Positions 8,338-17,732 of a DNA stretch of 64,000 bases are shown here, piece by piece (within the stretch, counting starts at the first letter, position 1; each line of letters begins with the position of its first letter). Made by a program: the position numbers and the translations under genes. The notes beneath the pieces are model-generated. The model worked only from the letters and a program-made list of their open reading frames with translations, did not search any database and had not been told where the DNA came from. The stretch spans positions 18,113,880-18,177,879 of the forward strand of contig OZ316895.1 of the NCBI GenBank assembly GCA_973895155.1, given 5' to 3'. The DNA comes from Marsupella aquatica (lineage: Eukaryota; Plantae; Marchantiophyta).

Positions 8338-11300
8338 TGTGGTGCGTCCCATGGCTCCCTAAACCCAAGAAACCCCCCTGCTCAAGCCGATTCCCGCAGG
8401 TTTCGTGCTTGGCGAGGCCGTTTCCGCGGCTTAGCGGCATGGGACGCTGCTAACCTTCTACTACTACTATTAACATTTTACACACATATACTGGACAGAT
8501 CCTTCATCGGGTCATGAGATACGTAGCCGGCCTAATATAGGCCTTCCCCTGTCTTCCCCTGTCTTCCCCTCCGTCTTGTTAGGTATGTTTGGATTCCGCC
8601 GCCGGAATGATCCCCAATAGGCTTGGTTAAGCCGCTAAGACCTCTCTTAGCTCGACACATCCAACTCTCACTCCCCTGCTTACTTTCCTTCCTTCTGTTG
8701 ATGTGGGCACTCTTCACACAAGTTAATGCGACACACAAATAGCAAAATGACTCATTCTGACTGAGTCATACCATGCACTTGCCATACAAACAGTACATCT
8801 CATACACAAGTTCTGCGAACTAAGCCGTGAGGCCAACTCTATTCAGCTCTTAGGCATGAGGAAACATGAATATACACAAGGGTCACTGTATGACTAACCG
8901 AGAGCTTCTCGTACTACTTGATCCCAGCCCGGCTGGTGCAAACTAAAAACTTGCTAAAGAAGAGGCCCTGAGCTCCCCGCTGCCCAGGTACTTATCCTGG
9001 TAGTGGATCCGCCATTCTTTGCATCGTAAGCCTAATCTACTTAACAGTAATCTACTTGCCCGAATCTACCTATGTATAGCAAGGCAGGAGCACAAGTGTT
9101 GCTCCTACCAGTGGGACCGCAATCCCACTAAGCTAAGTGTCAGGGCCGCTCCTGGTTCTGATCCTAATCCTAAACGTGGAGATCCGCGCCCGCCCTGCCC
9201 ACTCACGCCTCCTCCCTCCACGTCCGCCCTCCCTAAAAGGAACGGCGCCCTTGCACCGTCACGACACCGGTGGTGGATCCTTAATGGACGCCCCCAACGC
9301 TTCCTCCTCAGCCACTGCCGTAGGCTCATTCCCTGACAGATTACCTGCCCTTGACTCAACTCTCCATTGGCCTGACTGGGTCCACCATCGGCGTCGGCAT
9401 CGGCTCGAGAATCGGTTACGGCCTTAGCCTCGGCTACGGTCTCCCCGGCCTGCTCAAGAGGCGGATCTGGAATACTGGCCTCCTTACTGAGTAGTTCGGC
9501 TTGGGCCGCACCATCCCTACCTGTGATCATAGCGGGATCTATTGCCGTATTCATGTCGGAGGATGGTGCTGGTTCTACCTCTTTGGTCACCACGGCTTGT
9601 GGAGTCGGATTACTCCTTGACCCTGAAGGTTTCCGCTTTTTCTTCTTTTCTGGTTCGGCAGCTGGTCCCTTCCCCTTCCCACTTACCTCCGGCACTGGTG
9701 CAGTTGGCGCGGCTTTTTCTTCGGCCAGTACCACTCCTGGTAACTTGGTTGCCCCAATTGGAGTTGGGCCTGATGAAGACAAGCACCTAAATACTGCGGC
9801 TTGTTTCTTCAGCCGCTCCGTTTGGTTGTCGGCCCGCCGCTGGAGGTTCTCCATCTTTCTCGTGATTTCCTCCAACTCCTCCTGGGTCTCATCCAGGTCC
9901 TTGCATGCCTCCTCTAGTTCCTTATGGGCTTCCTCCCGTTCTTGTTTCAAGGTAGTCCTCTCCTCCTGGGTTGCTTTTAGCTCCTTGTCGAGCTCTGCAA
10001 TGATGACAGACTCCATCTGGTTTATCTTGGCGTAAGTCTGTTCGAGCATCTCGTCCTTCTCCCTTAGGTCGGCCTTGAAGCTGGCCGTCAGGGACGCAAG
10101 CTCCTGCTGCAGCGCCATAATCCCTTGATAGGATTTCCCTAACTCGGCCTCCTTCTGCTCAAGGGCTCCGCGGATTTTCTCGAGCTCCCCTTTCAACGCC
10201 CATTCCTTTCTTTGGGTCTCCGCCATGGCCCGGCTGTTGGCTGTTATGTGGGCCTCCTCTGTATTCTTCAGCTCTTGCTTCCACTTCTCCCTCTCTTTGA
10301 TCGTGTCGGCCAACTCTTCCTGCGTCTGAGTCAGTTTATCCTTGATATTCTGATTATCAGCCTGCGCGGTGTCCAACTGCCCCTGCATGATGTTCAGCTC
10401 ATGTCGTTTAATCCGTAGTTCATCTTGGGCTTTCTTGGCCGTCCTTAGATCTTCAATCTCGGCTTCCATCCTCCTAAGCCGCCGAATGACCTCGTCCTTC
10501 TTGCTTCTCTCTAAAGCCACCGCTTCTTCTAATTGGTGCTTCTCCAACTGCTCCCTATGGAAAAAGGGTCCTACCTCCAACTCCTCTCCGTCGGTAGGAG
10601 CTTGAGGCAATTCTGCCTCAGATTCGGAGCTTGAGGTTCCCACGTACATTCGAACACCTGGCTTGGATTCCGGCCTGATTCTCTCCTTGTCTCCAGCAAA
10701 GGGGTTTTCTCTTGTGAGCCGGTGTAGGCCTACCTCTGTAGTAGTGTCCTGCATTGTTGTCGTTGCCGTTGTTGTTGCCGATGCCGATTTCTTTTCTTTC
10801 TCCAGTAGTTTCAGCAGACTCTGCATGCCTGGTTGCTGCATCGGCAAGTCCTCCTTCCTGGGCCTAAACACCTGCTCGATCGTAGGACTAACAGGTGGTT
10901 GAGGCTTCTCAGCCAACGGCCTCGGCGTTGGAGCTTCCTCGGGTGCCCTTACCTGCAGGGGAAGTACCGGGGCAAAAGTCTGACCTCTGGCATACCGGCA
11001 CAACAGCGGCATGTGATAGCCCAGCCGCGACACGCTCCCCGTGCCGATTAGCTGCTGCTCCTCCTTTAAGATCTTCTTCAATTGGTTGAGGAGGTACCCG
11101 TTGTAGTCCCGGCTTGGGTCTGGCCTTTCTGCCAGATAGACCTGTGCCTTGCCGATCTCTGCCCTCGGGAAGTTACAATGCATGGTCACCCGCAAGAAGT
11201 CGATCATCTCTCCTATGTGCGGGTTGGTGCAGGTGTTCCGGAAGAAGCCATTCTTTGTTGATGGCCCGGGGAACGACCGGAACTCCTTGTCAGGCAAGGT

Positions 11301-12501
11301 CTTCCTGGTATCAACTTTGGTCTTATTGCCTATCGGCAGGCCAAACACTTCGGCAATTACCTTGGGAGTAAGATAGAAATCCTTCCCATATATCCTCGTG
11401 CAATTGGTCTCGGGTTCCCATGACCCCACGAATTCTAATAGGTCTGACTCCGGTACCTCCGGCTTCAGCCATGGTAATCTTACAAAGGCCTCCAAGCCGG
11501 ATCCGGCCATGAAGCCTTGGTACTTCTTGGTCTGCATGGCCGTAAAGCATGCATCCTCCTCCCGTGCAAAATGTAGTTGCACCTCCATCGGTAGGGTTGC
11601 CGCCCAGCCCTTCCAGGTGTCATCCCTGGTTGGAATGGCCTTGATGGGATCGACCTCCTCCTCTTCGGCTTCTCCCTGCCTCCTGTTCTGCTGCTCGGCT
11701 GGCTTCTTTGGTGCCGCCGACCTCGTTCTTTTTGCCGGGGTGGCTTCATCGTTGACGGCTCCCTTCCTCTTCATCTCTGCTGCCGTGGAGGTTTCTCCTA
11801 GCACCGTTGCCTGGGTCCACCTTTCCGTGCTACCCTTTAATTCCCAGTGTATGTCGTTGCAGTTCTTGATGGCCTCTCGGATGCCGACGACGCTGTCTTT
11901 GCAAAACAGAAGATCGTCGAGTTGATTGGAAGTAGGCGTCCACAGGAACTCGTCCTTGATGAGTTTGCCTCCTAAGAAAGCCGTCTTCTGCAGCTCCCAC
12001 AATCGAGCGAGCTCCTGCCATTCTCGAGCTGCCCTTTCTGGCTCCTCGTCCTCGTAAGTCTTGATGTACTCAGTTGCCCGTTCGAACAGGCATCCCCAGA
12101 AATGTGCCGCTTGATTGACGTTGCTCATACCCTCCTTAGGTCGATCGTCGGTATCTACTCTCTCCCCGAGTGCTTGCCTAAGCAGCTGACAGTAGTTGGC
12201 CTCCCGTAGTCGTCTGCCTAGTTCGTGCTCGCAAATGAGCCACCATCTCCTGCAAGCGCTCCTTACCCCTCTCCTCCGCCGGTCCTTCTTCCCGTTGATC
12301 CTTCCTAGCCGCCGACGCTTAACGCGCCCTAACCCTAATCGGGTTTTCACCCTCAGCCTTACCTCCGGCCTCGGCCCGGGTTCCATGGTTGCCCCTAATT
12401 GTTTATATTTTCCTTGTTTTGTCCCTATACTAAGGTGTTCCTAGGGTGCCTTCCTGCTTTACCCACTTAACCGGCCGAGTGATTCCTGTCTAGGCATCAC
12501 A
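8338..12501 (-). repeat. 5' LTR, 4164 bp, containing a long ORF
   Basis: Termini TGTGATGC...GCACCACA form a 7/8 inverted match. Followed by the PBS. Identity to the 3' copy stops exactly at 12501/2112. Confidence 0.88.
9105..12386 (-). CDS. LTR-encoded 1093-aa protein (about 1007 aa if it starts at ATG 12128): PMD/plant-transposon-like domain plus long coiled coil
   Basis: Uninterrupted 3.3-kb ORF. The motif EFVGSWEPETNCTRIYGKDFYLTPKVIAEVFGLPIG resembles Plant Mobile Domain cores. E/K/Q/L heptad region at ~aa 600-860. Homologous to 26003..28255. Confidence 0.85.
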   Translation of the reverse strand: MEPGPRPEVRLRVKTRLGLGRVKRRRLGRINGKKDRRRRGVRSACRRWWLICEHELGRRLREANYCQLLRQALGERVDTDDRPKEGMSNVNQAAHFWGCLFERATEYIKTYEDEEPERAAREWQELARLWELQKTAFLGGKLIKDEFLWTPTSNQLDDLLFCKDSVVGIREAIKNCNDIHWELKGSTERWTQATVLGETSTAAEMKRKGAVNDEATPAKRTRSAAPKKPAEQQNRRQGEAEEEEVDPIKAIPTRDDTWKGWAATLPMEVQLHFAREEDACFTAMQTKKYQGFMAGSGLEAFVRLPWLKPEVPESDLLEFVGSWEPETNCTRIYGKDFYLTPKVIAEVFGLPIGNKTKVDTRKTLPDKEFRSFPGPSTKNGFFRNTCTNPHIGEMIDFLRVTMHCNFPRAEIGKAQVYLAERPDPSRDYNGYLLNQLKKILKEEQQLIGTGSVSRLGYHMPLLCRYARGQTFAPVLPLQVRAPEEAPTPRPLAEKPQPPVSPTIEQVFRPRKEDLPMQQPGMQSLLKLLEKEKKSASATTTATTTMQDTTTEVGLHRLTRENPFAGDKERIRPESKPGVRMYVGTSSSESEAELPQAPTDGEELEVGPFFHREQLEKHQLEEAVALERSKKDEVIRRLRRMEAEIEDLRTAKKAQDELRIKRHELNIMQGQLDTAQADNQNIKDKLTQTQEELADTIKEREKWKQELKNTEEAHITANSRAMAETQRKEWALKGELEKIRGALEQKEAELGKSYQGIMALQQELASLTASFKADLREKDEMLEQTYAKINQMESVIIAELDKELKATQEERTTLKQEREEAHKELEEACKDLDETQEELEEITRKMENLQRRADNQTERLKKQAAVFRCLSSSGPTPIGATKLPGVVLAEEKAAPTAPVPEVSGKGKGPAAEPEKKKKRKPSGSRSNPTPQAVVTKEVEPAPSSDMNTAIDPAMITGRDGAAQAELLSKEASIPDPPLEQAGETVAEAKAVTDSRADADADGGPSQANGELSQGQVICQGMSLRQWLRRKRWGRPLRIHHRCRDGARAPFLLGRADVEGGGVSGQGGRGSPRLGLGSEPGAALTLSLVGLRSHW

Positions 12502-14011
12502 GTTTGCGAAACAATTGCAAAGCGGGTTGCCTCGCAATTGTTTCGCAAACTCTATTATAACCTTTTTCCCGTAAGGTTTGCGAAGCCATTGCGAAGCAAT
12601 CCGATTCGCAGTCTATTTCGCAAACTTAAATATATTTGAATTTGCGAAGGTGGGAGTTTCGCAAAGCTTGTTTCATTTTGAAAAACGTTTAGTGTTGAGT
12701 GACAAATGTTTGTTAGGGTAATGGGGTTTTTTTCTGGTTAGGGTACCCTTTTTACCCTTTTAGGATTCCTTTTTTGCTTAAGTACCCTTAGTTACTAACC
12801 CGGGCCCCTTATGTTTTGGTGTTTCATTTGTTTGTGGTAGTATAAGAGGTACCGCCGCAAGATAACAGCAAAGGAGATGGAGATAGGGGCAGAGCATGGG
12901 GCCAGACATCTCTTTGAGTTGGTTGATGCAGAGTTGGCTAGTGTGAGTGATTTGTAGTACCCTTTCTAAACCCGCACCCATTCCATTTATAAGGTTTATA
13001 CATTTTTCCTATTAACCCTAAACCCGAATTAACCTTGTGACATGGAAGCAGGATAAGGAGGAGCAGGAGGGGAGTGAGGATAGCAGTGAGGAGGATAGCG
13101 GCGCTGATGATGGGGACACTACCGGGGCCACCATGAGTGGGTCCAGAGGGGCAGGGAGTGCTGCCACACCTAGCACACCAGGAGACCAGGAGGATGATGA
13201 TGAGGATGATGACGATGATGAGGATGAGCCAGATGGGGAGGAGCAGCAGGCACCACCACCACCGCCACCACCACCACCCCCCCCCTCCCGTCCAGCTCGT
13301 CCCGCCAAAAGCAAGAAGGACAAGGGGAAGAGGCCAGCAAAGAGGAGTAGGCGGGCTCCATTATAGAGGATGCAGATGTAGTTCACTCCATATGGCATAT
13401 GGATTAGTCAAAGGACAGTGTCTTGGTATTTGATACCCCATAGGGTTTTAGAAAACCCTAATTTTTGTACATTCAGGGATTTTTGGCATATATAAAGTTT
13501 TGCTTTGGTATCTTCATGTGGAGGAATAAGACCCCAACCCAATTATGAACCCAAATATACAAAACCCAGCCCTCAAACTATCCTTGCAAAACACATGCGA
13601 ACGCCATACTATCGCAAACTTGCCATACATTGAGTATTGGAACATTGCGATACTTTTGGTTCCGCAATTGTGCGACACCCTGATTGACGCAGTTATGCGA
13701 TACCATATGAATGGCAACGGAATTGTCAAGACAACAGCTTCGCAAATAAGTTATAGTTCAGAGCGCGTCGCAAACCGATAAAGAGTCTGTCGAGATCGCA
13801 TAAATGTGATTTATGTGCGATAAAATAAGTTTCGCAGTGTGCGAAGGTGTTGCAAAGGGGTTGCAAAAGTCCAATTGCGAAGCTGTGGGTTTCAAAGAAT
13901 GCGAAAGGGTTGCGATGCGTAGCGTTTCGCAAACGCCGGAATTTCATAATTTGGTCCTTTGTTAGTTGCGATGGGACGGGGTTCGCAAAAGGGGTCGGTA
14001 GTGTTGTAGTG
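12502..14011. mobile_element. CACTA (EnSpm) transposon end, interrupted by the Gypsy element
   Basis: Minus-strand terminus CACTACAACACTACC at 14011. Dense TTTGCGAA/TTCGCAAA-type motifs in both orientations at 12502..12665 and 13590..13990. An acidic/proline-rich exon-like ORF lies at 13037..13366. Confidence 0.7.
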
Positions 14012-14920
14012 TCAGCCTCTCCTACATTCGAAACCTCTCTCCAAATCCCTAGAAAAACCGTCACAAAACTCAATCTCTTCACATTCAAAGCTTCTACTCC
14101 ATCTATCTCTTCACAAAATTGCCTCTACATCTCCTACCCTCAAAATCCTAAGGCCATGGCCAAGGAGGAGGGCTCCCCCTTCACTCATGCCTCATGCTCG
14201 AGCTCCCCTCAAGAGGTTCGCTCCTACAACTAAAAATGGGACTTAACACTCCAAAACGGCAAAACGGCAGCACTTCAGCAGCATCTAACCTCCGAACCCT
14301 TGGCCACTCGAACTTCCTCCTTTAGTATCCACGTGGGAAGGCCCAGGGCACCCACAAGCTCCTCCACTTATGGTTTTAATCCTCGTTGAATCACAGCCCT
14401 CGATCTCACACCAATTAGATCAAACGGCCAAAAATGAGCCAAAAAACCCCTCCTTAGTAACTTGCAAACCAAAAGAGCTTCGACCTTTTTGAAAAAGCCA
14501 CGACCTCCACCAAGCCCTAACTCACATCTCCACCTTAAATCCAAACCATCCATTAACCAAAACCAAGATCCACCGTTGAAGTAGATACATTGAATCTGGT
14601 CCATTTAACACAAAAATCTGAATCTGGTCCAAATCTCACAAAACTGATGCACTTGGTCCAAACCCTCTTACATGCCTTGAACCTGGTCACCTCCTCCATG
14701 TATTCAATGAACCTGGTCACCATGTTGCCAAAACCCTAAATACCTTGCTTGTCGAGCAAGCAACCTCCATTCCGCCGATCCGCCAAATGATAACTTAATC
14801 GCTGGTCACAAATGAAAAACATACCCCACAATAGTAACAAGGGTGGGTAGGCTCGACCTCATCCCTACCTTGACCCTCATAACTCTACTTCCTCCTTCAC
14901 CTTGGTCAAGTTAGCTCAAG

Positions 14921-16498
14921 TCAAGTCAACTTGCCCAAGTTAGAAGCAAAATTGGTTTCAACTTCCTTCACAAAACATGAGGATTCCTCCTTTAGGATGG
15001 AAACCTCATGACAATGTTGTAGCTTACGTCCAGGTGTCACCCATCCTTCCGCGTCCTGCAAGGTAGAATCAGGGATGAATTGTAAGGATTTCTGATTTTT
15101 TGCTTTCTTCTTTTCCTTCTCTTTTTTCTTATCTTCAGGCGGTGATCTTCTTGCCAGCTTTCGGGCTCTCTCCTTTTTTTGGGCGGTGCGGGAGATAAAT
15201 CGCTCGTACTCAGAAACCTCCATGTCAGATGGAATCTCAGGGGTAGAATTCTCATCCTCGGCCTCTACCATTTCGTCAGAAACACCAACGTTTAAAAGCA
15301 AAGGCACTACTGGTTCAGATTCTGGGGCACTAGGACTAGTTCTGGAATGCAAGAAAGAAAGCTCAAGAGTAGCGACAGAGTTCAAAATAGGCTTGTCCCT
15401 ATTCATAGCTTGCAAGTCATGAAGCACTCCCGGGATGGCATTCATGTCAGAAAAGAGATGAGCAGACGTTGCTTGCAAATTCAATCTGTCAGTAGATTCG
15501 TCAATTGCCCTGTCAATAGCAACTGCACGAGAATCCCCCTCAAGATCTTGAGAACTCCCCAAAAGTGCAAATTCTCCTTCCGCATTCATAGGTAGTCTTT
15601 GAGCCAATGGAGTGATACTCCTCCCTGTTGATAGGGGCAAGGTAGCAACGGTCGCAGGTTGGCTTGGCAGATCTAAATTAAGGGCGTTAGCCTCCGATGC
15701 AGCAACAACCAATGGCTCAGTAGTCGCAAGCACTAGGGGAGTGGGAACCAGGGGAGTTGGCAGCTCTTTAGCAAGTTGAGTGGTTGCAGGCGCGGGCACC
15801 TCATTTACTCGACAGTCCCGGGCTAAATGGCCCTTCTTATTGCAGCTAAAGCAATGAAATGGAATATTCTTGAATATTACTGGTTGCCATATAGAAAGAT
15901 CAACCTTGATCTGAACCTCAACACTCAATGGCACCTCCCGCTTGATATCCCAAAGTACACAGGCCCTATCGTGTGGATAAGTGCTCAGATCGTCACTCTG
16001 AATATAGTGAAGAATGTCGCCCAAGGACGCCGCAAGCTTCCGACGACAAGGTTCAAGTAGCAATGCGCGGAATGGAATCTCAATCCACACAGGCAATAAG
16101 GTATAAGATTCACTTCTGATGTCAAAGGAAGGATCCCAAGGGAAAGTGAATACAAATTTTTGCTCCAAGAACCAGGGGGCACAAGCCAGTGCAAAATCTC
16201 GATGTTTGGGATTCCTAAATGCTACCATATAAAAGTTTTTCTCGACGAATTTGACTTGCAAAATAGGCCAATTCATCTCAGAAACGAAGGTCTTCTCCAC
16301 CCAAAACTTAAATGTGGGCAGCATCGGTGTGCGATCGGTAAAATAACACATCATGGAGCAGTTATACAGTTTGGTCACTGTTTCAGCAGCCTCTTCAAGG
16401 GACCATTGAATAGTGGTATGTAGTTTAGATGGCCAATCATGGACAGTCAGATTTGAAATTCGTCGTAGAAGGGGAATGCACGCCTCTGCCTCCTCCAT
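14921..16498 (-). CDS. L1-type LINE ORF1 protein (DUF4283-like region plus zinc knuckle)
   Basis: KNFYMVAF...RDFALACAPWFL...W, PVWIEIP and CFSCNKKGHLARDC are typical of plant L1 ORF1. Broken upstream frames extend to ~17047. No intact ORF2 follows. Confidence 0.85.
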   Translation of the reverse strand: MEEAEACIPLLRRISNLTVHDWPSKLHTTIQWSLEEAAETVTKLYNCSMMCYFTDRTPMLPTFKFWVEKTFVSEMNWPILQVKFVEKNFYMVAFRNPKHRDFALACAPWFLEQKFVFTFPWDPSFDIRSESYTLLPVWIEIPFRALLLEPCRRKLAASLGDILHYIQSDDLSTYPHDRACVLWDIKREVPLSVEVQIKVDLSIWQPVIFKNIPFHCFSCNKKGHLARDCRVNEVPAPATTQLAKELPTPLVPTPLVLATTEPLVVAASEANALNLDLPSQPATVATLPLSTGRSITPLAQRLPMNAEGEFALLGSSQDLEGDSRAVAIDRAIDESTDRLNLQATSAHLFSDMNAIPGVLHDLQAMNRDKPILNSVATLELSFLHSRTSPSAPESEPVVPLLLNVGVSDEMVEAEDENSTPEIPSDMEVSEYERFISRTAQKKERARKLARRSPPEDKKKEKEKKKAKNQKSLQFIPDSTLQDAEGWVTPGRKLQHCHEVSILKEESSCFVKEVETNFASNLGKLT

Positions 16499-17732
16499 TC
16501 TGAGGTGAGCAGCGGTCCGTTCGCATTCGCAAGCCTGAGATTTGGTCTCCTACCGATCATCCATGTGCGTATCCTGCTCCTCCAGACCCATCCTTTTGCC
16601 AATATCCTCTCTATGGAAATCGCCATAAGCAGGTGCCTTGCGACCTTCCAAAGCATCCATTGATACCTCAGGAGGGGCTTGCTCGGAATCCCAACGCAAA
16701 AATCCATTAGTGTGGTTCCGTGTAGGCCTAAGACCAAACCAACTCTGAATTGGTTTAGAATCATGACTAGGAGCAGTTGACCCCCGTGTAGGCAGGCTTG
16801 ATTCAGAGCGGACGTCTTGGCCAGAGTAGCTCCCCTCATGAAGTGATGACTAGAGGGGTAAAGCAAGCTCATGAACAGGGGGTGGTTGACGGGCATTCAA
16901 ACTGGGATCCAGCCAGTGTCCGGCTCCACCTTCAGCATTGCGTTGAGCTGCGTCCCATTGAGCTTGACCCTCACGGAGATAGGCCGGGCCAGACATAAGA
17001 GCTCCTCGACCTCCAGAGGCCATCAAGTTACAAGATGGATATGCCATAATATATCACCCAAGATAGGGGTACGAGGTACGTGATAGAGAGACCCCAATTC
17101 CAGCAAGAAAAGGAAAGGTTATGAAAGGAATGGCACTATAGGATCGGTGTAAAAATCAGAATTCTTACGTGAATGAGTACGTCAAGGTGCAAGCTTAAAA
17201 GCAGGGTTCATCGAGGGAGAAGGCAAGGGCTCACCAAAAGTGACAGGAATTGCAGCTACCACAGCGTGATCCGCACCAATCTCCCCTTGTTCCGCCGTTT
17301 TGAGTTTACGTGATCATTCAGCACTGATGCCGCGGCAAATAGAAACACAATCGGAGCAAACAAAATACCCTGTTACCCAAAAAATGCTATAGTCTCACCG
17401 CTTATAGAAACCAATGTGTAAGCAAAGCACTTAAACCCTATAAACCTTCGTTGTGATTACTTAAGAACTTCGGGGACCTAATCTAGGTTATTGCGCGAGT
17501 CCACCGCATTACAGCGTCCAATGATCAAAAAAAGGTGTCAAAAGATAGCAATGAGAACCTCCATTTTGGAGGTAGAAGCAATCAGTTCCCAACAGCAAGA
17601 TTGACCATCAATGGCAATCCAAAGACCCACTCGACACAAAACCTGAGAACTTCAGCCCACTTCAGCTCCTTCAGTTCTCCTATTTCAGCACTTTCAGCCT
17701 CCTAACTCGTTGAAGATACCTAAAGTTAAGAC

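Larger units (their letters stand above)
1..12501 (-). mobile_element. Ty3/Gypsy non-chromovirus LTR retrotransposon with ~4.16-kb protein-coding LTRs; the 3' LTR runs off the left edge of the window
   Basis: Domain order is gag-PR-RT-RH-INT with no chromodomain. 1..2112 matches 10390..12501 (offset 10389, about a dozen substitutions, no indels seen). The repeat starts TGTGATGC directly after a PPT, and the upstream copy ends GCACCACA before a PBS-like TGGCGC. Confidence 0.93.

Noticed and set aside
9105-12386. Envelope glycoprotein or host myosin/SMC-like gene
   Set aside because: No signal peptide or transmembrane segment is visible. The coiled coil is generic, and the ORF lies inside a duplicated terminal repeat.
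1-12501. Tandem array of two elements sharing a short LTR, with the long ORF in an env-like internal position
   Set aside because: The duplication starts exactly at a TG after the PPT and has an inverted match to the PBS-proximal end. A random truncation would not be expected to land there. Final proof needs sequence left of the window.
13352-13366. CGGGCTCC(A/G)TT(A/G)TAG shared with 28618..28632 (YNGARL in two minus-strand ORFs)
   Set aside because: Only 15 nt with two mismatches and no flanking similarity; likely chance.
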